Positions 43,615-60,000 of a DNA stretch of 64,000 nt are shown here, in pieces (within the stretch, counting starts at the first letter, position 1; each line of letters begins with the position of its first letter). Location: assembly GCF_009914755.1 (NCBI RefSeq), contig NC_060932.1. The stretch is one strand, 5' to 3'. The stretch is from the human T2T-CHM13v2.0 reference genome, Homo sapiens. Position numbers and translations under genes: made by a program. The notes under the pieces are model-generated. The model was not told the origin of the DNA, did no database searches, and saw nothing but the letters and a program-made list of their open reading frames with translations.

Positions 43615-46259
43615 TCATTCATGAAAGATCTAAGTAAGCCATTAGTAGTTGTGCCTGAATTGGGTTGTAGTTTTTCATTGATTTTACTCTAGGGTATAGA
43701 GGACTAAGAGACATCCTAATAGATCTTCTGCATTTCAGCCTTTTTCGTATCTCCATTGTGTAGTTGCTGACTAGTTTCCCCTGGCAATCAGAATAAATCA
43801 TTCCAGCAGTACATTAACTCCCTTCTTTGTCTGCTAATTCAGAGGCACGAGAGAGCCAAAGTGGCCAGGTCGCAATCTTAACTTCCAGTTCATGGAGCCA
43901 TTGTTATGTTTGTTAGTGGAAGAATTCCTCCCTTTGGAACTAAGACCTCTAGATTAGCAGCATATAAAATCTCAGGAATAGGAAGCAAAAATTTTGCTAG
44001 TGAATCAGTAGCATAGTAGCGATACTCCCTCCCATTTCTACTTCTTAATTCTCAGACCTGTGAATAGTGGGTATGGGAGAAAACAGCACCATTTATTGAC
44101 ACTTACTTAGAACACACACAGCCACCTGGAGAACCCTGTCCCAGTCCTGCAAGGTATTGTCACCTAGCTGACATTATAACTGAGTCTTCAAAAGGCCATT
44201 CCACTGTACTGTCAAGCCAGAGATGCTTCAGGATGGTGGGGAACATGGTAAGACAAGTGAATTTCATGACCCTGGGCCTACTGAACTTCATTTACCATAA
44301 AATGAGTTTCTTGATCAGAAGCAATGCTGTGTAGAATGCCATGATGGTGAATAGGAGGTCCCGTTCTGTGGATACCAGTCAGCCTCCTTCCAGAGACTCC
44401 TGTCATCATTCAGCAAACTCATAAACAAGGTGACTATGATGGCAATATGGACTTCCAATCAGTGGATGCCACTGCTAAATCCCCAGTCTGCCAGCAGCAG
44501 AGACCACACCGAGTCCCCCATATGGCACCATTCCCTAATCAGCTAGCTACCTAGTGGTAGGTCAATTACATTGGACTGCTTCTAACATGAAAGAAGCAGC
44601 ATTTACTCTAGTTATAGATATGCCTTCCCTGCACAAAATGCTTCTGTGAAAACTACTATTATAGACCACTTTGCTCAGAAGCACCATCTCTTTGCAATAT
44701 TTTTCAAAAGAATATACATAACACTGAAATAGTAGTTAAAACAATCTAACTCACTTTCTTTGGTGACCAAAAATCTAGTACTATATTTGCAATATATTCA
44801 TTTTAGCAAACTTGCTCTAAAATGCAAAAAAACATATTTATAATTGACAATTGGTTATAAACATAATACCAGCAATGTGATGTATCTGTAGTAATAAAGT
44901 GAGTGCTCTATTCAGTATGCTTCCATCAGTGTGTATAATGGGTTGTCAGTGCCAAGCTGAGAAGATTTGGATCCCCATGGGCATAATTTCAAGATTTTTT
45001 ATAGTATAGTGGAATTTTGTAGGATTTTATAAAAAAAAAAAAAAACTAGATATCCAGATTCTTTATTGAACAAACCCTCCCAGTGTATTTGGCTTGGTTT
45101 CACTGTTGGCTTTTTCTTGATTTTTGCTAGGTTTTTCATATGTTAAATTTTAAGTAGGGACATTGTTGCAATTCTTCAAGGAGTTTTTATCTTTAGTCTG
45201 CTCACTCCTAAAATGATGTTTTTTTAAATGAACCAAAAGGATATATTTTATATAGCATGTTTTAAATAAATAGTCAATGAAAATGTGTGTAATAGTATCT
45301 ATTTTTAAGTACTATGCTATTATGCATAATCTGTTTTCTTTAAAATTTGAAATTCTTTCCTTCCCTTTAAATATATCATTAACTTGTGATAATCTTAACT
45401 ACATTTTAACTCTATTCTAGAGTGATTATACTTTCTTTACGATGGGCTCTTTTACTTTTTTTGCCCCTTTTCTTGTCCCTACTTATTGTTTTTGCCCTTT
45501 TTCTTGTCCCTACTTATTGTTTCTTTTCTATTCTTGGTCTGTTTTAATGTCCCTTTCTCATATACTTTTATTGCTTACTTGCTTTTCATCTAACTCTTTA
45601 ACTCTCCTTTCCTATAATCCTAAATGATTTGTGTCATCTACCAAACTGAGTTTTTACTATTTTTTTCACCAACTGTTAATCAGTTTTGTCATTTTAAGGC
45701 ACCCTCAAATGTGACTTCAATTTCAAATAAACTTCCCATTTGCTATTGATATAACTATAATGTTTGTATACATTTCCCATGACTTCCAATTAACCATGAA
45801 TGACGACAGTTTTTAAACTTGATTTAGGTATAATGCTATAGAAATACACTTTGTTAATATGCTTGAAATTAAATTTTAACATATTCCTTATTTTGGGAAA
45901 GCCTGTGCACATGCCTCTGGCAAGCGTATATGTCACTTTATCATATGTGCTGGAGTATTTTTCTCCTGCTATTAGACTGTAAGCCCCTTAAAAGCAAGAA
46001 CCATATTTAAATCTCTAGTGTCTGGCACAGGGCAGGTTTTTAATGAATGGATAGTAAATAAATAAATGAATGGATGAGAACAAAGTTAGTTGTGTAATTT
46101 CCATGGTCTTGTTCAAAAAATACTTCCTCTGCCAGCTCCAAATGATACTAAATGAAATTTCTTTCACAAAGGCCAAGTCTTTTACTTTCCCAACTGGACT
46201 TATTTTACAACAAAAATACCGTTAGAAAAACACATTTATTTAAACCTATTTATCCAAGG

Positions 46260-46392
46260 CAGAAGTTCTTAATCTTGGCTGAAATTGGCTGAAAGTGAGA
46301 ATCATGTCCCCATCCCAGTAAAAATAAATTAGAAACACCAGTCCCCCAACCCCAGGTGAGTCTAATGTGAAGGAAAGGCTGAGAACTACTAT
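46260..46392. mobile_element. MER5-like DNA transposon remnant
   Basis: GTTCTTAATCTTGGCTG...CCCAGGTGAGTCTAATGTG...TGAGAACTACT. Confidence 0.6.
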
Positions 46393-46564
46393 GCTAACTA
46401 AGAGAGAAGCAACCGATGGCATGTTCTAAGGGGCATGAAAATAAAGCGAGGTCTCTAATGATTGTGGCAAAGAAGTTCTTTGCTGTGGGAAGGGAGGTGG
46501 GGAGTTTAAAGAGTCCATTTCTCCCTTCAGGAGGCTGGGGGTGGCTGGAGACAGAAGTGTTCTT

Positions 46565-46870
46565 TGTTGTTGTTGTTTTTGTGTTTTGTTTTTGAGACCA
46601 AGTCTTGCTCTGTCGCCAGGCTGGAGTGCAGGCGCGATCTCTGCTCTCTGCAACCTCCACCTCCTGGTTTCAAGTGATTCTCCTGCCTCAGCCTCCCGAG
46701 TAGCTGGGACTACAAGCCTGCACCACCACGCCCAGCTAATTTTTGTATTTTTAGTAGAGACGGGGTTTCACCATGTTGGCCAGGATGGTCTCGATCTCTT
46801 GACCTCATGATCTGCCTGCGTTGGCCTCCCAAAGTGCTGGGATTACAGGCGTGAGCCACTGCACCCGGCC
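46565..46870 (-). mobile_element. AluS-like with TSD AGAAGTGTT
   Basis: Reverse Alu. Confidence 0.93.
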
Positions 46871-47199
46871 AGAAGTGTTTTTTAAGGTATCTGTTATCTT
46901 TAAAAACTTAAGGAGAAAGATTGTAAGTACTATCTAAAGAGGTAAACTTTGAAAAGGAAAAAATATTTAATTTTAAATTTTAAAATGAGGTCAGAGATTC
47001 TAACAAATGCTAATAAAAGGGCTCTTTGAATTTTTGGGGCTTTTACAAAAAATACTGTGTAGGCAGGCAAACACAGCAAGTGTATTAGGTATACAGACTA
47101 ATACACTAAGAGGAAAGCCTAAAGAAGAATCAAAGTTGACATGACAGAACTTGAGAGGGGAAAAAAGAATTAGTATTAGAATACTAATTCTTTAAAATC

Positions 47200-47498
47200 T
47201 TGACACGGTGGCTCACGCCTGTAATCCCAGCACTTTGGGAGGCCAGGGTAGGAGAATCACTTGAAGCCAAGAGTTCAAGACTAGCCTGGGAAACATAGCG
47301 AGACCCCCATCTCTACAAGAAAAGAACACAAAACAATTAGCCAGGTGTGGTAGCATGCGCCTCTAGTCGTAGCTACTCAGGATGCGGAGGCAGGAGGATT
47401 GCTTGAACCCAGAAGTTCAAGACTGCAGTGAGCTATGATCGCACCACTACACTCAAGCCTGGGTAACAGAGTGAGATCCTGTCTCAAACAACAAAAAA
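47200..47498 (+). mobile_element. AluJ-like
   Basis: Alu consensus. Confidence 0.9.
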
Positions 47499-47724
47499 GT
47501 ATTTTTTAAATTAGTGTCTATACGATAATAATTCCGAAAACATAAAAACTATATGTGTCTGTGGATGAGGACTAGAAAAGAGATATTAAATGATTGGCAT
47601 GTTTAGGTGTATTAAACTTGAAGCTTGAAGTTCTGGTTCCTACTTTGCTATTTAGATGCATACGTGTGGTGAGGTTTGGGCTTTTGGTAAAAAAAAAAAA
47701 GTAAATGTAGTAAAAATATAGTTA

Positions 47725-48078
<354 letters not shown>

Positions 48079-48329
48079 CTATGTGTCCTTAAGGAGGTCT
48101 CTTCATTTCTCTGGGGCCCAAATTTCTTTTCTGCAAAGTTAGGGAATTGAAAGCTTTAGTTAAACTAGTGCTTCTTGCAAGATTCCTCTAAGAGAGTAAA
48201 GAATGTAGCCTGTGGCTCAGAGCCAAGGCAACCTGAAGCACCCACTGCAAGTCCAAATTTTCTTGAAGTCTCGTGTTTTGCCTTAAAGGTGCATATCCTT
48301 GTATGTGAATTATTTCTCAAAATGCTGTG

Positions 48330-48630
<301 letters not shown>

Positions 48631-49089
48631 AAAATGCTGTTTTTAAAAAAAGTTCATGAGCTTTTTATTCCTTCCTATTCTTTTTGTGTTTTTTTTCTTT
48701 TAAATATACAGTTAATCCCATATTGTATATACAATTTTATATTCTGATTTTTCACTATCATATCTTTCATATTTTATGTATGTCATTAAAATGTTGTTAC
48801 GTTTTCTTTTTATTTTTTCTTTTGAGATGAGGTCTTGCTATGTTTCCCAGGCTGGCCTCTAACTCCTAGGCTCAGCCTCCTGAGTGGCTGGGATTACAGG
48901 GGCCGCCACTGTGCCCCACTCATTATTTTTCTTTTAAGAGCTATATAATGTTCAGTCATATGGCTGTACTGTAATGTATTAACCTCCTGATTGGGATGTT
49001 CATGGTACAGCTCAGTGTGTTTTCATCTCCACTATACTCTTTCCCTCCACTTGGCTCAGTGTAAAGGCTGAGCCTTCTTTATACTTTCT

Positions 49090-49401
<312 letters not shown>

Positions 49402-49977
49402 CTTTCTTTATACTTTCTAATTGAATCCTCTGAAGTGCAGGAGATCATAAGATGAAAATTTTTCTCTCTCATTGCTGCAGTGTGTGAAATGGTCTCTTGG
49501 TGATATAAATTGTAATTTGTCCTTTTTGGAGGTCTCGCCCTAATGAGGGGGAAGGAAGAGAACATGACCGAAGGCTGACTCCACACAAGGCCTTCTGTAA
49601 AGGTTGTCACATGTCACCACCCAGTGAGGGAATCACTATCCCACTTCATGGAATAATAAGCGGAGACTCAAAGGAACGAGTAACTGGCTACAAAAGTGGG
49701 GTACCAGGGTAAAATTGGGTTCAATCCACCCCAGATCTGTGCCAAGTGGTCCTGGGCAGCACACTCTTGTCCCACAGCAGCAATAGAGCCAGCACAGGGT
49801 CCCCGACACTCTCCGCCAATCCAGTCTTCCCTCAGCTCCGATCTCGATCTCTTTTCTTGGCTGCACAATGGCCTCTCCTGTGATTAACATCTTATTTTTT
49901 GATGAGGATCCTTAGCATACAGCAGATAGTTTGTTTTCCAGAGGATATACAAATGAATGGTTATTTAATGTTTAGAG

Positions 49978-50855
<878 letters not shown>

Positions 50856-52721
50856 CCTCCCAAATGGGTGGAGTGTTCAAATGTCCAGGCTGCTGAAGTG
50901 AGGGCCACTCACTCCACTAGGACAGTTCTAAAGGACATACATAAACAGAGATCTCAGCCACTAAACTCCTACTTGTACATTAACATGTGCGGAAGGTAGG
51001 TGATAGGCGATGACAGAAATGCATCTTCTAGAAACTAGGCAATACTAAATACCCTCCCAAAGCTGGAATTCAGTTAGCACTCCTGTTTCTGGAAGGCATC
51101 CTTGCACTAAGCATGAGGTCTTGTTATTTCCATCTCCATTCCAACCATCTCTCTAAGAATCACTCACTCTGGGCTCTCAGTACCTGCAGTGCTCCCCTTT
51201 ATTTTTTTTAATCTGCATTTTTAAAACATTTCAATAGTTTTTGGGGTACAGGTGGTTTTTGGTTTCATGGATGAGTTCTTTAGTGGTGACTCCTGAGAAT
51301 TTAGTGGTGCCCTCCTTTAAAGACTGCCTGTCACCCCACCCAGCCCCTCCCTTCGGTGGCCACACTAGAATTTGAAGCTTAAACTAACTCCCCTCCCTGA
51401 ACTCCTCACATCCTGTTCCCTGCCCCATTCCTCTACCTTCTTAGCCACTTTCACTCCATTCCTTTTACTGCCTCAATGGCAACAATTATTCCACCCATCA
51501 GATCCATGACCAATTGTTTCTATTACTTTTTCACCGTGCTTCACCCAAATCAAATCCTCACTTTCCTCCTTATCCAGCCTAAATTTCAACGTCAATCCTG
51601 ATACTGTCTTCTTTGCTTGCACACTAAGTCTAGTTTTTAGCACCTGGGTGGTGTCTTTAATTCAGACAGAACGCAAGGGAGAAGATGTGGGAAGTAGAAA
51701 AGATGATGCAAACCCCATACCCTCCCCACTGGCTGCACTGCCCATGCCTGGTGATGCCTTTGGTGCTAGGGGCTTTGTGTGCCACTATGGCCCTAGGACT
51801 GCCTGCTCCCCAGCCTGAGTCTGGGTCCACGACTCATTTGCTCTTCCAAGCAACAGGCCTAAGGCACAATCAGAGGATGGAATGTGAATGGAACTGGATT
51901 TTCCAAAATTATCTGGATCACTGTCTTCATTTCCCTTAGCTCTTTCAGGTATATTATTCATGAAATAAATCTGAGCAGAGAATAAAAATTAGATGCTAAG
52001 TAAACAGCAAAACTCTTCTCTTCATAGTGGGGTAATTTATGCCTCTGGGCCAAAAGAGAGATGACCTAATACCTTCTACTGGGAAGTAACAAGTTTGGGA
52101 GGTAGACTAGTCATTCCATCCATTACAACTGATAATCTAAACTAATGCACTCTTAGAGATACTGAACATGTTTCAGAGCAAGCAAAATGTGTATATGATA
52201 TGACACTATTTTTGTGACCGATAAAAACATTCATACTAAAATAAAACTAAGAAACAAAATAACTGCCTTTCAACAGATCAGTGTGATTAATAGATGATAA
52301 GGTATTACACTTTATATATTTAATTTTATAAATTATTCATATAGTTACATGAAATTGTACTGAAGAAATCAATTCAAATTGACATAATTATGGGCACTGG
52401 AATATAAACTAAGAACTGACTAAAAGACCAGCAGAAAACCTGTCATGCTTTAAGTTAAAGGCAGGCACTGTGAACTCTTTGATACCTGGCATGCTGTCAA
52501 CTAGAAAGCTTTAGTGAGTGGTTCTTTGATCTACCCATTCAATATTATTTGATCCAAGTTCGTGGAGGGCAAGGTCTATGTCTTATGCATCTGTTTGTTT
52601 TAAAATTTCTTGCACCTTGTTCTGTGCCCGGCATGTAGTAAACTCAAAAAATAGAGCTGAAATGAATCAATGAGTGAATGAATGAATATGGTGGTGAGGA
52701 TGAGACACTACAAAACTCTGA

Positions 52722-53022
<301 letters not shown>

Positions 53023-54099
53023 TGGTTTTGTTTTTTTAAGCCAAGAAAGCCTAAATTATATTCAGTATGTATTATATTCTAACACTGTGCCAAATTGTAA
53101 TTCTCAATTAAATTAATATTTTTAAAGTGGCCTTGAAGTTAGTAATAATTTGGTTTTCAGGAGGAAAAATGAGCATTTCATTAAAACAGAGAAACTAGTA
53201 AAATGAGAAATAAAATGAAAATTAACTATGAATCTTTAAATATAAAAGTTTTACTTTAAAAAGGAAGAGTAAGATATCATCAGGTAGAGAATTATATCTG
53301 AGCATAAGTAGGGATGTGTTCACACGAATGATCTACTAGAATCAGATATATAAAGTGTAACACCTTTTCATTTACTAATCTTACATCTCTATTTAAAAGC
53401 AGTTAAATTTCCTCAGATTATCTATTGGTCAGCGAAATAGTGTTATATCATTTAAATATTTTAGTACCAAAAAAAGCCCCAAGCAAATAGCTCGATAACC
53501 TGCTGCTTGAATATTCTAAAAGCCCTTACAAAGTGTCTTAATGTTATAAAAAGTTGAGTAGTGATTTCCCACAATTTGTACAAGTGGTACCCCTTCTCCC
53601 AGCCTCTGCCCCTGTTCAATTTCTCTCAACTTACTGGAGCAAACTATTTATGCTGAAAGTTGGCCGTAGGAGGAAGATGCCAGGAGAGGAGCTCTGTGGT
53701 CCCCAAATTTATGACATATGCCATGTGACACTCCGTCAACATGATTGCAAGCCAGTGGTTTACATTCACTTTCTAGGAAGTCAAACCAGGCAGGGTATAA
53801 CTGTGATGTTGTGGCTTTTCCAGCTTCATAAATTCAGTATTTTAGTTACGTATGGATAAATGTCACAATTATATGCCACAAAAATCAGTTCACATAAACC
53901 TGTCCTTCTTGAGGTTTTTTTTAAGTGAAAAAGGAAAGTCTAAAATGTTTAAAATTTTGAATAAAATATACTTGAATCTCTGATTAAAATGACATACAAA
54001 TAAGGAAAAAAAATTGAGAAAATTAACATGGTTCTCATGGCAGGATTGATAAAAATAGGCTATATTTCCCCTCGAAGGTTTTCTCAGAATACTTTTGCT

Positions 54100-54568
54100 G
54101 GTCAGGCATGGTGGTTCACACCTATAATCCCAGTGCTTTGAGAAGTTGAGGAGGGAGGACTGCTTGAGTTCAGGAGTTTGACACCAGCCAGGAAACATAG
54201 GGAGAACCTGTCTCTACAAAAAAAAAAAAATACAAAAATTAGCAGGGCATGATGGCATGCACCTATAATTTCAGCTACTCCAGAGGCTGAGGCGGGAGGA
54301 TCCCTTGAGCCTGGGAGGTTGAGGCTGCAGTAAGCTATAATCATGCCACTTCACTTCATCCTGGGCAAGACCTGTCTTTCTCTATAAATATAAAAATAAA
54401 AATTAGTCAGCCATGGTTGTACATGCCTGTTGTCCCAGCTACTCAGGAGGCTGAGGCAGGAGGATTGCTGGAGCCCAGGAGGTCAAGGCTGCGGTGAGCT
54501 GGGATTGCGCCACTGCACTTTACCTGGGTGGCAGAGTGAGACCATATCTAAAAATAAAAATAAAAATA
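54100..54568 (+). mobile_element. AluJ-like followed by an extra right monomer
   Basis: Left-right-right monomer arrangement. Confidence 0.8.
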
Positions 54569-55794
54569 ACTTGCTGTTATCTAAAAAAATTGTTTAAGGA
54601 AGAAATTATAATGTATCTTGCAATCTTTAATTTCCAGCTGTTCTACTGTCAATGATGACAGGAGACAGGAATTTAGCTTAGCAGTGTGCCCAAAGCAAGG
54701 CAGCATAGCAACTATTCTGTAGGGCAAATTGCTCAGCGAGCAATATGCCCTCTGTGTGGCAATCTAACATGTGCCCATGCCGAGCTAATTTGCTAAAAAA
54801 AAAAAAAGTTTAGAACAAAAGCTATCACTTCATGTCAGCTACTTACTGTGGGAAACGACTATATATGTTTTTGTATGATTTTCAATCTCATATAAGAAGA
54901 AGGAAGATATATTGTGGCTGATGTCAATATTTAACTATTTTGGAGTCTCTGCATTTCAAAACCTTCACAAATTTCAAAATACCAATTTTTCATTATTCTG
55001 CCTCATGCCAAAACATATTTGTCTGGATCAAGCTGAGTACAGTGCACATCAGCTTACCTTCAGGAATTATAAATGCATAATTTTGAGATGTTTTGCAGCA
55101 ATACTATAATAGGCCCCATTCTTTCATTTATGTTTGAAGCCTGGTAAAAATATGTGCATGGGTGCTGGGGCATGAGGGTGAGCACCAACCTTCAAGATTG
55201 CTCCTGCTAAATGAAGGCAATTTCTCTGCTCAGAGTTGTGGAGGCTGAAAGCATCCACAAGGTTGTTCCAGAGGTGACAAGCCTTTCAATTAAGTGGAGC
55301 TACTTAGGTATGCCTTTACAATAAAGCAGGAGTGCTGTAACTGTGTTGTAATTCCCCTTAATGTATGCATTTTTCTTTCTGCTTCCCTTCCTTCCTCCAT
55401 TTCATCCTTTCTTGCTTGCTACTTTATTTGTAAATTTATGTTTCTTTCTAGATTAGAGTCACTTTGTACACATGTAGGGCAATTTCTCCCAGAGTTGTGA
55501 TGGTTGTAAAGTCATCCCTAAGAATCTTGTTTGACATCTCACTGTCTTCTTATACAGGCAAAGAATAAGGGGAAATATGGAACAATCATAATTAACCATA
55601 AATGGAGAGTATAAAAGTAATACATATGAGGTTTTAAATCTCAATCGTCAATTTCAAGAACAGGATTAAAGACTAAAATCATAAAGATATCAGCAAAAGT
55701 GATTTGTACACTCAAAAAGAATGTAGGGCTTTAATACATGTTTTATTTTTATTTTTAGTTAAAGGACCTTTGCTTTTGTTTTTGTGTGTGTGGG

Positions 55795-56081
55795 GTTTTT
55801 GTTTTGTTTTCTTTTTTTGAGACAGGGTCGCCCTCCGTCAGCCCAGGCTGGAGTGCCATGGTGTGATCATGGCTGGGCTGAAGCGATCCCCCTGTCTCAG
55901 CCTTCCGAGCAGCAGGGATTACAGGAGTGTGCCACCACACCTGGCTAATTTTCTTATTTCGTGTAGAGATAGGGTCTCACTTTGTTGCTCAGGCTGATCT
56001 TGAACTCTTGGGCTCGAGTGATCCTCCCATCTCGGGTTCCCAAAGTGCTAGGATTACAGGCATGAGCCACTGAGCCCAACC
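55795..56081 (-). mobile_element. AluJ-like
   Basis: Reverse Alu. Confidence 0.88.
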
Positions 56082-58308
56082 TGTATTTTTTAATAATGGT
56101 GAAGTGCAACTATGAATTGTAATAGAAAGCAAGCTAAACAATATATGGAAAATTAGTCTTGCCTTAAGTAAGCTTTCCCAAAATTTTGAATTTACCTTAC
56201 AGATAAAATGAGATAAAAAGGCAAAATCTCTTGCCCCTTTAAGGAAAATGGCATAACATCACAGACATTTGATAACTACTTTTACTTCAATAATTATCTT
56301 TACTTTTACAATAGCACTACATTTTTTACAGCTTTATAAAGGGATAATTGGCACACAATAAACAGCAGTTAATTACAGTGGGTAAATTTTGACATATGTA
56401 TATATCCTTGAAACCGCCACCTTGATGGAGATAGCCAACATAGTCATCTCCAAATGTTTTCTTCTGCCTTGTGGCAGTTCCTCGCTCAGTTTCCTGCCCT
56501 CTACCCCCTTTCTTTGGCTCAACCACTGCCTCATTGGCTGTCATGATAGGTTAGTTCGGCATTACGTTTAATAATCTGTAAGGAAAACAAAAATGTTCCC
56601 TTTCACTCAATTAAAAAAAATGGTTGCTTCGTTTCTTAACTGGAAGGTAAAGTAATAGTGTTGGAGTGAGGAGGAAGACACACAGGTCATCAGAAGGAAC
56701 TCTCACCTGAGTAATGATTTTGCCGATTATTTTTCATACTCCACAGCCTAATGCTAATTGGATTAAAGATTCAAGAATCCAGGAAATGAAGTAAAAAAGG
56801 TATGTTGAGTTTAATAAATAACGGGTTTTTTTCTACCTTATCTATCAACTTATTTCTAGTTAATAAATGGATTTACGAAATCTGGCCAAAAATGAAGGTC
56901 TCCACTGATAAATGCTCAAAACAAGCTGTATGTTGGAGTTTTATGTCAATAATAAGGCAAATTGTTGCAAATGACATTAAAACACTAAACTCTATCTTAT
57001 GAAAGTGTGATTTTATTCCATTACAATATGTAAAAATTATATATGCAGATAAGTAAAGACTGGCTGAGAATCTCAAAAATGACAGTTCAATTTTGCTGGC
57101 TTGTGGAATTATGTGTATATATTTTAAATTAAATAAATATTTTATTATGTATAATAAATAATTTATTTCTACCCCTTTCCAATATACATTATTCTATTGA
57201 ACTTGGAGGGTTCGCTTTTGCATTTTGAGAGTGTTTTTGTAAGATGTGATATCTAAAATAAGCTCAATACTTCATTTTATAAACAGCACATTTTTCATTC
57301 TCTTGACATTGCCAAAGGATAATGCTGTACATTGAAACATAAAACAAAAATAGACCCAACTCTGTTGGAAGCATAATATATGTAGCACTAATGCTACTTA
57401 TTGATTACCACAAAGGTGTTTGCTTTTGCTTTTTGTAGCTCTTCCACTGTAGAGCAAGAAACCAGAAATACACTATTTGTGAAAGGTGGTTGTACTAAAA
57501 TGTTTTCTTGTGGTGAATGCTTATTCCACACTCTCATAAAACAAATTAGTCTTTCATGATGAATGAAGTATTCGTTCTTTGGGCTATATGCATTTCAAAC
57601 CTTGAATATGCTTAGATAAATTTAATAGCAGAAATCTGTGTAAAATACATAGCTTAACATATACTTTATACATGGGTTTGTATATGAATTTTAATTAAAA
57701 TATGTTTCAAATAGTCTATTAGTTTCAATTACTGTTTACATAGTGTTGAAAGATATGGCAGTGACCAACCTAATTTGACAATTTACTAAAATATTTTTTA
57801 TTCATATAGTTCTGATTTAAAAGATACAGACGTATTTTCAAATCAATTCATACACTTGAAAGACATGTTTTTGAGCACTCTGTATTTAGCACCAGACTAG
57901 GAATCAAAGTTTATTTGAACGGAATAGTAAATGGTAAAATCAGAGCGTGCTCTCAAGCACACAAAATTAGGGAGGACATAAAAGTAAACCAGTGGTTGAT
58001 AACCATAGGTACAGATGATTATATGGATGAGTCCTAGATAGGTATTTACACTACTTGCTAATACTGATCATTGCAAAGATACTGCAAGTCCATCTTCATT
58101 ACTGGTTTTGAATCTGTTAACAATTTCCCTGACAGTGAGGCTGAAGTAGACAGTTTTGAAATGAAACAGTTCTGTGGATCTGTGGATTTGATTTACAAAT
58201 GAAATATTTCTATGATGTATCTGCTCTACAAAGATTTTAGATGAGAGGGTCTTCATTTCAGACTGGCAGTTGGCCAACCAAAATTGAACTCAGAAAATTC
58301 TGGGTTTT

Positions 58309-58625
58309 GGCTGGACACGGTGGCTCATGCCTGTAATCCCAGAATTTTGGGAGGCCAAGGTGAGAGGATTGCTTGAGGCCAGGGGTTTGAGATCAGCCTG
58401 GGCAACAAAGCAAGACTCTGTCTCTACAAAAATAAAAACAAATTAACCAGGCCTAGGGGCATGCACCTGTAGTCCCAGCTACTCGAAAGGCCGAGGCAGG
58501 AGGATTGCTTGAACCCAGGAGATGGAGGCTTCAGTGAGCTAGGATTGCACCACTGCACTCCAGCCTGGGCAATACAGTGACACCTTGTCTCAAAAAATAA
58601 ATAAATAAAAATAAATAAAATAAAG
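58309..58625 (+). mobile_element. AluJ-like
   Basis: Alu with AAAT-rich tail. Confidence 0.9.
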
Positions 58626-59479
58626 TAAAATCCTAGGGTTCACTCACAAAAACAAATAAATGCTGAATTCCCAGGAAATAAAATTACAATAAAAATTCTT
58701 TTTAATGGTAATTTCATGCTTATATGTATTTTTATATTTCCTATAATAAGTTTAGATATAGCAAAGTTAAAAATCTATGTTTTGGTTAAAGCCCCAATAT
58801 TTTAACAAAAAACAGCTGATTTTAATCTATTTCTTTCAGTGATTTATGTATTACTTGGGAATTCTATTGTTTATATATTGATTACAGGCTATAATTACAT
58901 TAAATAAACTGAGAAAGCATGTCACAAACCAGTTTTAGCAATAACTATATTTTTACATATCTGTCTTTTGAAAAAGTGGACTGGATATTTATATTTTACT
59001 TGGTAATATCTCAATTTCCTCAATAAGTAAGTCAGTAAATTGAATTTATAGTTTATTTTGTCTGCCCTCCCATCAAATTATATGAATAAGAAATACTGTG
59101 GTCTCATAACATAATTCTATTTCCAAGAGAAAGAACATGCAAGTCTGTAGAATAATAGTCAATAGTGATTTTTGTCAAAATATATTTATTGAGCATCTAT
59201 AGTACACAAGGCACTGTAGGGGTGATAGCAATATATTTTGTTTGATGTCTTTGCTTTTAAGAGAAGTACACTAAAAAAAAAAAAGAGGAGTCCACTTTAG
59301 GTAGGAATTCACATTCAGGCAACAAATACAGGACATGTTTTCCATTCTATATGTCAAAGGTAGCTTTGGTGGATTCCCATATGCCAATTTAGGGCCTCTG
59401 ATTCAGACATTTTCAAAGTGACCTTGTTAAAAATGAGTTACAAGCCTCAAAAATGTAGAGTGTGAGTGGTGATGGAATG

Positions 59480-60000
59480 GTATGCCCAATGAGGTCAGAT
59501 CATATAGGGCCTACATTCTTTATGCAATGCCGCTACTGAAGAGTTTCAAAGCAGGGAACAGTTTTCTAGACAGAAGTGATAAGACTGTGAATTTAGTAAT
59601 ATATTTGACTAGAAAGGAGAGTAAAGATCTGAGAAATGTTAAGGAAGTACAGTTGTCAAGACTTGGTCACTCGCTGAATGTGACCGGTGACAAATGCTTC
59701 CAGGTTTCTGGCTTGGGTGATGAGATGGATGAAGTTGCCGCTTCTTAAAGGGGGCACCAGGAGGAGAAGCACACATGCAGAAAAAGGTCATTCCCTGTGG
59801 GATGTGTTAAGTTTTATGTAATTTGGGGGACTTGACAATGAAATGTCCACTAGGCAGTCTGGTCCTCTGGAACTTCAGGGAAAAAAATATTTGCTGGGAT
59901 GAAAGATTTCAGATTCATTATATAAATGAGACTCATTAGCATGTGTGTTGTCATCGAAATCATGGAAGTGAATGAAATTGCACAGGGTCCTCAGTAAATG
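59480..60000 (+). mobile_element. L2 fragment
   Basis: GAGGTCAGATCATATAGGGCC...CAGGTTTCTGGCTTGGGTGA...ATGTCCACTAGGCAG, L2-like. Confidence 0.6.
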
